Notes: generated from the letters alone by a model not told the origin. 64,000 nucleotides of DNA from Convolutriloba macropyga (GCF_964194025.1 NC_134475.1:54002001-54066000), one strand, 5' to 3'; shown: positions 27,193 through 39,523, counted from the first letter of the stretch. Made by a program: numbers and translations.

Positions 27193-27620
27193 CCCGCAGT
27201 GATACCATTCTAGAATTTTACCCCGAAGAAAATTTTCTGGGTAAACTTACTTGAAAAAAATGTGCACAAATTGGAGGTAGATATATCTAGAACTTTTGCT
27301 TTTCAGCTAACATCTTAGGTAAATTCAAACATAATCTACCAAGAATTTGCAGCTAAAAACGCATAGAATTTTACATAAAAATTGTTTAGGTAAATTTACC
27401 TGTAAGAAATTGCGCAAAATGCAGGTAAATTTACCATTTTTGCAGGGAAATTTCTATGCTCTTTTACGTAAAGACTCTTGGTAGGTTGCTTTTAAGTTTA
27501 CCTAGAATATTTGCAGCAAAACTAAAGTTCTAGGTAAATCTATTTACAATTTGCGCTTATTTTTTTGCCGGATAATTTACCTAGGGCATTTTTTCAGGCA
27601 TTCTAGAAGGGTACAGCTGC
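27193..27620. mobile_element. Foldback (fully palindromic) non-autonomous element
   Basis: Arms mirror along the whole length (gcagtgataccattctagaat / attctagaagggtacagctgc; gtagatatatctagaacttt / aaagttctaggtaaatctat); ggtaaatttacc palindromic subrepeats. Confidence 0.7.
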
Positions 27621-28289
27621 AAATTCAATGTGACTTTTAGGTAGTTTTACCTCGACTTGCAGTTGGCGTGATGTTTTTTAAGCATGTTTCGGCGAGTTGC
27701 ATAAAAGAACATTTTACTTGCAAAGCCTAGGCAGTTTTACTTGACTTTTATATTCATTTTACCTGCAAATTATCTTGATTGTCCCACAATGGGTAAATCA
27801 ATAATTTTTTTTAAAACTAACCCACTCCTACTTTTACTAAATACGAAAAGTTTAAATCAGAGGAATTATGTGTAATTTTTATCATTGCACTTGAGCACTC
27901 GATTCCCAAATTTATCAGAGTGGGATCGGCATTACACCCACGTCCCTGCTACTTAGAAGTGGATTACGGATGAAATCTTGGTCAGGGTTGGAAATGCTTA
28001 TATTTTCCTTGATGGCTGAAAATGAAAGATTTCGATGAAAATAGGGATCATTTTCTTATGCGAATGCGTTAAAAAGTTCTTCATAATAGCCGAACTGTCC
28101 CACATTGACACTTGAGACAAAAACATCACGCACACTAATTATGATGATTGGACAAATTTGTAGCAATGTTATATCAAGGTAGATAGATATTTAGATCACT
28201 TAAAGTTAGGTAAAGAATTCTTTGTTTTTCTTTGTCTGCTTAACCCTCTTTTTGGTTAAAAAAACCAATCGCACGCAATTTATTATTAC

Positions 28290-28819
28290 CTCTCATCTTT
28301 TTCAATTCTGACTGCCAAATCAGTTAAGAACGGAGTTAAAATCACAACTACAGCGAATATGTATTGTCGTCTTCGCTGAGGCGTGCTGAGCTTCAAATCT
28401 TTTTCTACCGGCTTAGTAACCAGAATATAACGTTCGTAAGCCAGAAGACAATTGCAAACACCCACACCATATTCGGCAAGTCTTGTTCCAAAAACTTTTG
28501 TAATACAGTTTGCAAAATAGTAGCTAAATTGCTCAGCAAACACAGGCAGCAAAATTGCTCGCGTTCGGTATCTATAGTTAACATATCGAGTGGCGATGGA
28601 GCTGAAAGAACCCTTGTTTCGGCTGAAAAAGTCCATGTTAGGATAAGACACAAATTCTTTAGCCAGCAAACTCAAGAATATTCCAGAACTCACAGATATT
28701 AAATCAATCAGATTTAGAAGAAAAATCGGAAAGTTTTTAATTTCTCGCAAATCGGCCACCATCAGAAAGCATAGCACAAGATACAAGCTGAGCGTTGATG
28801 AAACAACCGACATGGCAGC
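28290..28819 (-). CDS. Rhodopsin-like GPCR, internal exon (TM1-TM4)
   Basis: Acceptor ttttgcAG at 28821-28820, donor GTaata at 28289; TM2 FLLNLIDL, TM3 C..LAYERYILV (E/DRY); with exon 13975-13495 gives 337 in-frame codons (junction DER|YC). Confidence 0.85.
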
Positions 28820-31561
28820 CTGCAAAAGACATTTTTGTCCTTCGTAAACCTAACTGCAGGGGGCCTCAATTTTGGCCAATACAAAACCTGTCATAGGTCC
28901 ATATTTGTTCCCAGCGTGTCCGTTCCCGCGATTTCTGCCGGGAATTTCAGGGGTCCTAGATTTCCCAGGAACATTTTTGGCAAATTTGGAAAAATTCCGG
29001 GAACCTTGAAATTTTCAGGGACATTTACCGAGGTACTTAATATTTTTTAAATTAAAAATTGAGCAAGTGTAATGTTTAACATTTTAAGCCGTTTTTCAAC
29101 TCTTGAAAAGAAAGATATTACACAAATTTAAAAAACGTTCATAGTTTAAAGACGAAGAAGCAAAAATTTTTAATTTGGAACTGTTTTGATCGTTTCTTGG
29201 GCTACTAATTTTTAGGTCAAGATTTTTGTGTTGTCAAAAATTTGTCAATTTTGTTGCGCCAGAAAAAGCTCAGAGGCAAAAAATAAAAAAACATCTACCA
29301 CGTGACCGCTATTATTGTTTCATGATACTCGTGTTAATCTTTCTTTGTTTTGGGCAAATTAAATTGGTGTGATCGCAAACTAGTTTATTGACCATTTTTT
29401 GAGAATTAATTAGATGCAGATAAGATAAACACACAAATTAGCTATCAGAAGAAATATTGTAAAACGGAAGTAACATCACATTGTTTGTACAACAATCAGG
29501 AGTTCATGGCCGCAACAATTTCTTCACTATTACTAGTTACAGGGTAATTCATTACAACCAAACGTCTTTTTGAATGATACATCTGAGCTATCAAGGTTTT
29601 TTCTTGTTTTCAAATAATCTAAACAATGGTAAGATTCAACAATGGAGCAGAACTGGTTATAAACGAAAACTTAAGCTTTATCTCATTACACTAAGTGTGA
29701 TTGTTTTTTTAGCTACAGTCTGTTTTGTATCTCCACAGGTTTGTGATTGTGTTCTCAATTATCCGAGTTTTGTGGCCAAAATCTGCTGAGATGCTGACAA
29801 TAAAATTGTAGAAAAACCAACTGAGGGTTATTATTTGGTCATAACGTTTGAGTTAATATGTTTTCTTTGTCACTCTAAAACTAATAATTATCTAAATTCA
29901 AAATTATATTCTTAGACTGAAAAGTTGAATCAATGCAGATAAACAAGCCAATATAACATTCAAAACGAAATCTTACATGGAGGTTAACAGCAAACTCTTC
30001 GTGCGACAATCAGAGGCAAAGGGCCGCACTATTTCCTCATCAATAAACGCTAGGTGTTTCTGGTATCATAATTGTAGTGTTAATTGTTCTTTGTTAGCAT
30101 GCTTTCAGAAAAAATAAGATGCTGTAAAACAAATCCCGATTGAGCTCAAAAATTGAGTCCAATCAGGATAACATTCGACGAAAGAAATTCTCTAAGAAAA
30201 AGATACGAAATACAACGAAAATAAAACTACAAACATTTAGTTAGGCAAGGGTTAATGAATTACGTAATTGCTTCTCAATTATTGCAAATTAGAGGAAAAT
30301 TCAATCCAATCAAACATTTTTTTTATTTATAACGGATTTCCAGCGCTATTGTTTGCTATATTGAGCTGTTTTTACTGCAATTGAAAAATATGTTACATTA
30401 AAACAGAAAAAGTGAATTAATTATCGCAAAACAAATGTCCTGATTCTTTTTTTTGAATGGTTTCCATGAAATTGAGTTTGATTGTTTCCCAGAAAACTTC
30501 ATGGATTGACATTTTTTGTGTCAGAACTTTTGGGCCTCAACTATTTGGGTCAGAGCAAAATCACAAAATGGAACTACCTCATGATCGTTGTTTGTCTATG
30601 CTCAATGTGTAAGTTTTTCTTCTTTGTCGCCGCTTTTAACTGAACTCTAATTATCAACTCAATTCTGTGATGAAAATAATGCGAATTTTCACTAAGAACC
30701 ACAACAATTTTTTGTACGGCTTTCAAAGGTTGTTCAAAACCTACCAACGGATATTCCACTTTAATGGCCATAGGTTGATACCTTTTCAGAAAAGTTTTTA
30801 CGCAATTTAATTAAAAAATGAGCTATGTTTATCCTTATAAGCCATAAGAGCAGAGCGCCTTTATCTGCGTTCCAATAACCAATTGTTCAAACTATTAGAC
30901 ACCAAAAGTCATTTTTAACGTATCTACAGATTAAGTATTAGGTAATATAACACAACATAGGTAGAACATGGATTTATTTTCGTATTTTATTTTAATTTGG
31001 GAAAAATTTTGAGAAATTGTACAGGACGCTTTCTCTCGTTTTGAAATTTTGGTCTCCATGTTTTTCATGTTTCTGTATCGGAAATTGTTGAATTATTTTT
31101 TTGAATTGTTGAGAAAAGGTTGAATTTGGTTAAAAGCATAAAGCATAGATGCGTTCAAGCCCACATATGATGAAACTCACAAAGTGTAGTCTGTATAGGT
31201 ACTAATATTTTAGGTGACGTGTATTGGGTACATGACATGCAAGCGGCACTCTCTCACATTGAGATGCCGATTAGTCGGTTTTCCCGCTATTTTTTTGTCT
31301 TTCTAATGCTGGGCTGTCTTTTCTTTTGCTAGTGTTTTTTGTATATCTATCAATCTTTGTATCTGATCATTGCAGAGCTCCCAATTTTTGGGTGCTTTAA
31401 AATAATAGTGAAATCAATTATAATCTGAGATTTTGATTTAACAATTGGCTCTTCATTAAATATTTGGCTATTTTTGATTTAAAAATTGGCTAACAATGGG
31501 TTTTAATAGTCAAAGGGTTGCAGTTTTTGTGGTCGGCCATGTTATGATAGTACAAATTCAT

Positions 31562-32319
31562 CCCGGGTTGAAGTTTCTTTGATATCATACAAGAATCATA
31601 TATAATTTTATACTGTACGATCTCCGTACGATCTATGTTACCACAGAAATCATATATGATCCTTGTATGATAACCAAGAAACCATTAATGATCCTAGTAC
31701 GAATATCAAGAATCATACATCTATTTCTATAAAATATTTTTTGGTTTTAATACCATTTATGTTTTTTTGGTTTTTATTCGGTAGGGTATCACCTATATGA
31801 TACCCCGGCATCACATTGTGATCCGCCAAAAGACCCTAACGTAAAATATCAATTGTAAAGTTGGGCGCAAAATAAAAGATTAAGTCCGAGTAGATAACAA
31901 AATTTTTGATATACTCTGAAGTCAGTTTATACTTATAGATGCTCATTTCTAAAAAAATAATCAGGAAAAAAAATTGCTTATCACGTCAAAATCATTTTCT
32001 ATATCAAATGCGATATAATAATTTCATAAGTCCTTTGATAACATTATACGAGAACTTGTGGCACCAGTCAATGTTTTATGTGTCATATATGACCTTGTTT
32101 GATTTCCAGGAAAGTTTTTCAACTTCAATGGAAAATCAAATTATAGAGTTTTCAGTCTTTGAATATTTTTGTATCAACCTTGTATGATTTCTAGGAAACC
32201 ATATATGGTCCTTGTATGACTACCAAATTATACAAATCTTATATGACCTGCTATGATTACTAAGAATCATATATGACGTAGTATGAAATCAAAGAAAGTT
32301 TTATGATCGTTGAACCGGG
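31562..32319. mobile_element. CCCGG-ended non-autonomous CACTA-like element
   Basis: Termini cccgggttgaa / ttgaaccggg; TSD at; atcatat/atatgat subterminal repeats; inverted relative at 45502-45960. Confidence 0.8.
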
Positions 32320-33550
32320 ATTTTTTCAAAAAGTCCGGCTTAGAAAATAGAATCTTTACACGAATCGATTATATTGCTTTAAATTAATTGTGGTTTGTGC
32401 GAGAAACGAATTTAATATCTAAACAAATTTGTCTTTTGGTATAAGTTTTTCGATTCTCGTTTTGTGTAACTAATTATCTTCCTGGGTATAGAAACTTATT
32501 TAAAAAACAGAGGTTTTCTCGGTAAGTCCAACTTCATTTTTTTTCAATGTAAGTAGGTTTAATCTGTTGTCACTGAACTCTGCCGCGACCAAATATATTG
32601 GCCATCGAAAACTTATTTTTGTCAAGCATATTTGTAATAAACTCTCAATATATGCAAAATTTTATTAAATATTTCAAAATGTTTGCAAAATAGTTAAATA
32701 GTCGCAAGCATCTCACAATTTTATTTCAAAATAAATAGCAATTGAATCAACATAAATAAAAATCAATCGATGCTTTAATCTGGCTAAATTAAAGAAAATT
32801 AAATAAAAGAAGGTATCTATAAACTTCGTGGAGCTTAATTACAATTTTGTTTATTTTGATGACCAAATCTTTGCTACTGGTTTCTGATTTTTAATAAATC
32901 TCCTTCCACAAAATTGGGAAACAGCAATATAAATGTGGAAGATTAGTTTCAGAAATTAAAAGTGACCAAGATCTGCGATGCTATGAACAGTCAAAATGAT
33001 TTCAATCTGTCTTTCTATTTCTTTATTTTCCTGTTTTGGAACTGGTTTCCGCTTTTGCATGTGGGTAGCTTTCACAAAATTCAAAAACCCACCTTTAAGA
33101 AATTAGGCCACAAACGAGCTTGTCTAATTTAATTATGCATGTTTGTATATATTTATATAATATCTTCAGAACGTGACCTACTTAACAATGACTCGCTAAT
33201 ATCAATGCCCTTATGGAAGTTACAGAAAAATTCTTTGAGTTCCAAAATCACTTACGAAAACACATTTTCGTACAGAAAAAAACTATCTACGTTGAGTAAA
33301 TTGTTAGCAAAAGTAGTCAATATGTATGCTGAAAAAGAACAGAAGCATATAATTGCCGTCCAAGATTTTGGACCATGAGGTTTAGGTGCTAAATTTTAAG
33401 TACAACATTTAATTTAAGAATTTGAACAATGGCACTCTTAGTACGATCAGATCATATATGTAGTTGTCATTACGCAGTTGTTGAATAAATAATCTTACAA
33501 AATCTCAAATATTTGCACCCTCCGGACGCATATACCATGATCTTACTTGA

Positions 33551-33720
33551 TGATTTACTATGTAATGCTCTGTCATTGTAACATGCTCTGTAAATGTCTC
33601 GTTTTTAGAGAAATAGAGGGTGAAAAATTATAGGCTCTTTCTGTAAATTGCCAAAACCGAGAATTTTATTTGGAGAGAGAAACTAAGTAAGGCAACAATG
33701 CAGGGTAAGAAAATAGACTC
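33551..33720. repeat. ~170-bp dispersed repeat, copy 1 (copy 2 at 34401-34570)
   Basis: gatttactatgt.atgctctgtc...gcagggtaagaaaata shared. Confidence 0.85.
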
Positions 33721-33729
33721 CGAATTTGA

Positions 33730-33851
33730 TTTTAGAATTTGAGGTAACTTTCATTAAATTATTCAGAACTCTGATAAGGTCACTAATACTGGTATCAGTG
33801 AACTTATCTGAGTTCTAGATAATATAATGAAAGTTACCTCAAATTCTAAAA
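33730..33851. repeat. ~120-bp imperfect hairpin
   Basis: ttttagaatttgaggtaactttcatta...taatgaaagttacctcaaattctaaaa with pairing continuing to the centre. Confidence 0.9.
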
Positions 33852-34781
33852 TTAATTTGCCGTACTCAAAATTAACTATCTATTTCCCTTGTTGTCGGAT
33901 GTTTCACTCATTAAAAAATCATAATATTTGGCAAACTTTTTATAAATTGATTAAACGTGATTTTTTATTGAATTCATTTTACGTTTTTGCTTTAAAAATT
34001 TAATACCAAATGCAAATTTAAATAGAAACGCAATTATTATGTTTACAAAACTCTCATATAGAATGCACAAGTATATGGCTAAATATAAAACTTATACAGT
34101 ACAAATTTTGAACCAGCGTTGTGAATCATTTCTTGGAAATTCTGTCAATTACTTTAATCGAATGGTGTACTTTTGAGTACATCTGAGTACTGCTGGCTGC
34201 TCATCTTTTTTTTTGTGTCAATTTTATTCTATGAAAGGACAAACCAGAACAAATTTTTGCTGGAGATCATCCAACTTCACTTTCAGTCCTCGATAGAACT
34301 GCAATGCGGTAAGTTCAAAGGTTTCCGGTTTTCAAGGTTTTACAGTCTCCAAATTTTCGTGAGCTAGATGTTCGATTTTCAACAAATGCATATATATAAC
34401 GATTTACTATGTGATGCTCTGTCGTTGTAACATACTCTGTAAATATATCGTATTTAGAGAAATAGAGGGTAAAAAGTTAGGCTCTTTCTGCAAAAAAGTC
34501 ACAAGCGAGAATTTTTAGTGGGAGAGAGCAAATAATTAGGGCAACGAAGCAGGGTAAGAAAATAAAACTTAAGAAGGGATCTGGGAGGTCAGAAAAATGC
34601 ACGGTAGAAACAGATTTCTATTGCATACTTATTTTCCACATATGTTTCTCAGACTTGATTGAAATCTAACTGACTAATTTAGACTGCATCCTGATTTCAG
34701 TACCTGCATATCCTTTACCCCTGCTTCTGAAGTTACAGATGTAACTAATCAGTGCTGATTAATGTTAATGAATTAATGTCA

Positions 34782-35442
34782 CCCGGGTCAAGGTTTTTGG
34801 TGAATTTTTGTAAGAAATGCGGGGATTGTGGTGAATGCGGAGGAATAACAATAATTCACACCATTTCACCGCAAATCTTACAAAAATTCATCGCGAAATT
34901 CACCGCCTTTATGATAAAAAAATCACCGCGTCAAATTTGTGGCAAAGTAACGTAAGAAATACGGCGAACGCGGTGAATGTGGTGAAAAGAAGTAATTCAC
35001 CGCATTTCACCGCAAATCTTAGAAAAATTCACCGCGAAATCCACCGCATTTCTTACAAAAATTTATCGCATCAAACTTTGTGGTAAATTAATGTAAGAAA
35101 TGCTGTGAAAGCAGTGCATTTCTTGCATCAATTCAACGCATTGGCTTTACAAATTTTACTGAATCTGTTTTAAATTCACAAGAAGTATCATAGAAGTAAA
35201 TGACAGTTGGGGCAGTGGGCTAAGAAGTTGAAGGCATGCAGGAGGTAACAGGTCGAACCCGTGTAAGGAAGCCACTTTTTGTAAGAATACTGAGAACCCG
35301 GTAAGTGTAAATAATTCACCGCAATTCGCCGCGATTCACCGCATTCACCGCAAGAAGATATAAGAAATACGCGGTTAAAATTTTTTTTCACGGCATTTCA
35401 TCGCATTTCTTACGAAAATTTACCGCCAAACCTCGACCCTGC
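34782..35442. mobile_element. CCCGGG-ended non-autonomous element with internal Pol III A/B box
   Basis: ~40-bp TIRs; ttcaccgc subterminal repeats; A-box tggggcagtgg 35208-35218, B-box aggtcgaaccc 35250-35260. Confidence 0.8.
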
Positions 35443-35714
35443 TAAAACACAGTTTTTCTCGCAATTGGGAGTTATCAAATGCAGAAGTCAAATGGAGTTT
35501 GTGAGAACATGTGATATCATCCGTATGATAATTTTTTTAAACTCAATCTGTTTTTGTTAACAGCATCTTACACCCCTGTAAAGCTTATAAGATAGCTCTT
35601 TTTAATTAACATTTGTTGCAATTAGAACAAATGCATAACTTCCACGGCACTTTTTTCCTGTGCTCATCATATAGAATCAGAAGAGGAAAAAAGGTGGGAA
35701 ACGATGGTCTAGGC

Positions 35715-36800
35715 ACAGAGCAGGGTTCACCGCTCGGGCCAAGGCGTCCACTCGTATTCCACCGTTATTAAGCGAGAATAAGGGTTTAAAACAATTTACA
35801 ATCCTAAATCGGACTGGCAAGGAATTTTTTAGAACGAATTTGTTTTAGGTCCAAGGTGGCTTGTTTAGGGCTCAATCCTCAGACTCAGCTTAGCTAACTT
35901 CCACTAACTGAGCCTGCAGTAGTTACCCAGGGGGCACCGCGTGGAGGTTACTGACAAAGGTTGCACCCTACGCCTCAGGCCCTTCCTCAGAAGGCTGTCT
36001 TCGTAGCATTGTGCAGCCAAGTCCGATTCACATCAGCGCAGGCAAGAGCCTGAGATGCGAAGTGTTGAGGCAGAGCATCGAATAGCGCCCTTGAAAGAAG
36101 GAAACAAAAAGTAGTTGTCGGCGGGACCCTGTGAACAAAATTTTTCGTTGACTTCTACCTGTTGGAAAAGTCTCCAATGATCGAAGGATGGTCAAAGTTA
36201 ACGAATTCGAAAGTCAACAACGTAACGAAAGTGAAATCGAGACTAGTAGTTGAAGTTTTGATCGTTTAGTAGTGATTTGGCTAGACTCCAATTAAAGTCT
36301 CTTGTGAACTCTAATCGACCAGAAACCCTTGTCATTAGGCAACGAATGCAAGGCCAGTATGGCTGAGATTTGAGGGAGATTGAGATGCCTGCTACACTGT
36401 ATGGCTGAAATATAATGAGTAGTGGATGAGAAAACTGTGTGTGATCCCTGCGCACAATTAGTATCTGATATGAAAGTCTTCCAATTGGAAAGACTGTTTA
36501 AGCTCTAGACAAGATAGATGTAGTGATAGTCACAGAAATAACATCACAGAGTAGTGTTGTAACTTTGCTTGCAGAGCTAAAAGATAAAGAGTGACTACAC
36601 TACATGTTTGGTCAAGACAACACATGCTCTGCTTGTCTCGAAAGATGGTTGAGATACATAGAGACTTGAGGCTTTGGGACACAATTCCTCAATGAGCTGA
36701 ACCCCAGATGATCTTCGCACCGAGGATCAAGCTTACTTTGGCTTGGAATTCATTTCTCTAAAGGTCAGTAGATTAAATACTAACGGCTTCGGCCAATGGG
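35715..36800 (+). mobile_element. RTE-like non-LTR retrotransposon 5' remnant (UTR + APE endonuclease start)
   Basis: GC-richer island; frameshifted RTLVSDMKVFQLERLFK..KIDVVIVTE (36451-36540) and ALLVSK (~36626) match the N-terminal APE motifs of RTE-clade ORFs. Confidence 0.55.
35885..35969 (-). ncRNA. HDV-like self-cleaving ribozyme (candidate)
   Basis: Minus strand: P1 AGGGUGC / J1/2 AACCUUUG / P2 UCAGU(A) / P3 ACC / L3 UCCACGC / P3' GGU / P1' GCCCCCU / GG / G-P4 UAACU..AGUUA-G / catalytic C + UAA / P2' GCUGA. Confidence 0.7.
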
Positions 36801-36806
36801 GAGGTG

Positions 36807-37120
36807 CACAATCCTAAATAGCGGAGAAAAGAGTGTAAGAGTGTAATTTTGAGAAGTTACACTGTTTCTACACACTTCACACTCATTACTCCACTCTTTA
36901 CATTCTGTACTCCACTTTTTTTAGACTCTAAAGAATTGGTTTAGCCGCATTACACTCTTTAGCCGGATTTTTAGAAATTTTGAAATTCTTAGCCGAATTT
37001 TGAAATTACCCTCTTAGAATTACACTATAAATTTCACGAAATTACACTCTTAGAAATACACTACAATTTTCAGAGAAATTTTACTCCCCTAGAAATGCAA
37101 TACAATTACACTGCTTTATA
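36807..37120. mobile_element. Truncated element with attacactc subterminal repeats
   Basis: Repeated gagtgtaa/ttacactc motifs in both orientations after a CAC start; second end not found. Confidence 0.45.
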
Positions 37121-38070
37121 GTCCCACTGCATTTTTGAAATTTATCTTTTTTTGATCACTTAAATTGAGGGTCTACATTGCTCTTTAAAATCTTTTCCCC
37201 GTTACTTTCGTGCAAAATCCTCGGCCCGATCACTGTTAAAGATTACTATAGTATTCATTAGACAGTAAACTTTTATTCCATCGGTAAAGGATGCTAATTT
37301 GTAATCAAACTACTTTAATCAAAACGAGAGTTGTTTTTGTTTATCATTCATTAATTAACTCTCCTTACCATAACAACAGTTGCATAACTTAGCGATGAAA
37401 CAACTCGTTTGTGATTGGATGAATACTGCAAATATTGGAAACAGTAGACGGATTCTGCTTTGGATTCGGACTATCATTTTTCTTACTCTTCTTTCGCCAT
37501 TGTTCCTGCATGAAAAAAGAAAAAAAGAATGCTATGTAAAAAGCGTGGCAGAAAAAACTTGCCTCGACATTTTCAAAGTGGTTCTAGTTATTCAGCTGTT
37601 TTTCGTCCTCTCGAATTAATTCAAAAACTCCGCTTCGCCTTGGAGTTTGATGGCAATGTCAACTTCTGAATTGCGATAACAACTGTGTGTTAACAATAAT
37701 AATATCGGCTTCCTCTATATAGTATCAACAGCAAGAAGAGAATAGTGGCAAAAAACACTATTTTTTTTCAGTGAAAAGTTTCACCTGTCTTAGATTTTTG
37801 TTAGCAACCCTGAAAAGTGGCTAAAAATAGTTGCGAAAATCGTGACACAATATAATAATTTCTGGAAATCAAAAACTGTTCTGAATTTTTTTTTGAAATG
37901 TTAGTTTTGACTTGAGAATCAGCTTGCCAAGTGCGATTCAAGTCTGATGTGACTAATACAATTGATTTTGCAATGATCCAGGAAAGATTTTTTAAAGAAA
38001 GACTTATAATTATACGTTCCCAGTGCTGAATCGTAGTTGGAGATCGGTTCGAGAAAAACTATCAATAGAT

Positions 38071-38074
<4 letters not shown>

Positions 38075-38110
<36 letters not shown>
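38075..38110. repeat. (AT)n microsatellite
   Basis: AT run. Confidence 0.95.
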
Positions 38111-38112
<2 letters not shown>

Positions 38113-38134
38113 CGGGCTTTGACAAAATGTTATC

Positions 38135-38458
38135 GAATAAACGTGGTTATTTGTATTAATATAGAGATTAATTATTGGTTTTGTTTACTGTTCGACAACA
38201 CTTACAAGCACTGCTGTGACTAAGAAGGACATTTCAATATCATAACCTGACTGATATAGTGTGATAAGCCAACCAGTGTATTTCTCCTGTTTAGATTTAG
38301 TCACCAGTATACTTGTTACGTTGTCTGAACCCATGGCAGCCCAAACATCTCCCAAACAGCATTATTTTTTCCTCTGACGTAGAACGCCATGTCAAGATTT
38401 CTAGAGGGTACTAAATGTTAGAGCCGAATATTCAAATGTTTGATTGAGACCAATCATA
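38135..38458 (-). pseudogene. Decayed duplicate of segment 39247-39583 (putative terminal exon)
   Basis: High similarity to 39247-39583 with an internal deletion. Confidence 0.6.
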
Positions 38459-39294
38459 ATAATAATAAACGATATAATACGAAATGAGATAATAAGAAAA
38501 TCCAAATGTCAAAATTGCCTAGCTCCTGGAAAGTCTTTTTAATTTGGTCGGCAAGTTGCTCTTTTAGATTTTGTTTTGAACTTGGCTTGAACTGCTTTCA
38601 ATCAAGCTGAAGACAAAAAATTAGGGGAAAAACACTTATTAATTGGTATGATACTAAAATTTATATTACAACATTTCCATTCAAACCAAACAAATTTTTT
38701 CAAAATTGAGCTCTTTTATCGGCTATATAAGAGAGATTTTTGAACCAAGACAAGTTTTATTGTTGTCATTTAACTATTTTTCGCAGATAGTTATTCTCCA
38801 TAACTTAGGAAAACTCAATCACTTCAGGCAATCAATAAGTCATCCGTTGTAGAAAAACCTCAAACCCCCGCCGTTCATTCGATGCCAATCACCCGGTGGA
38901 AAGTTAGCAACCCAGAGTTTTCTGTCAATTTATAAGCGGGCTGGTTTTTTTGAACCTCCTCAGGTGAACCTATACATGTTTTACTTCTATCAAAGGATCC
39001 AAGCCACCCCATACAGTTTCACCGTCCTCTAAAAAAGAACTTAATTTTCCGTAAGCTGTAAAATATCTGGCTTCGAATACATAGTCAAGGAAATATTATT
39101 ACACCAAAAAGAGTACGTGGTTCTTTTAACATTTGAACCATTAATTGAATTCAAATATGTGTATTTCAGTTTTTTCTGCTTAAAAATTGGGGTAATTCCC
39201 ATTATGGACCCCCATGTAATTATAACCCCCCCCCCTTATGGTATATTTAAACGTGGTTATTTGTATTAATATGGAGATTGTTTATTGGTTTTGT

Positions 39295-39523
39295 TTATTG
39301 TTCGACAACACTTACAAGCACTGCTCTGACTAAGAAGGACATTTCACCATCGTAACCTAACTGATATAGTGTGACAAGCCAACCAGTGAATTTCTCCTGT
39401 TTAGGTTTAGTCACCAGTATACCTGTTACGTTGTCTGAATCCATGGCAACCCAAACATCTCCCAAGTAATCACTTATAGCACCATTTTCTGTTCCTCTGA
39501 TGTAGAACGCCATGTCAGGATAT
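39295..39523 (-). CDS. Possible terminal exon of an unidentified gene
   Basis: ttctAG acceptor, open frame YPDMAFYIRGTENGAISDYLGDVWVAMD..VVEQ*, AATAAA shortly after stop; no upstream exon identified. Confidence 0.35.

Noticed and set aside
27915-28014. Possible middle exon of the GPCR (good acceptor ttttcAG)
   Set aside because: The phase required by the 28290 donor hits a stop after about 11 codons; direct joining to 13975 is in frame
29970-30100. Candidate first exon of the GPCR (GTAAG donor on minus strand)
   Set aside because: The phase-0 frame needed to join 28819 contains a stop 12 codons upstream
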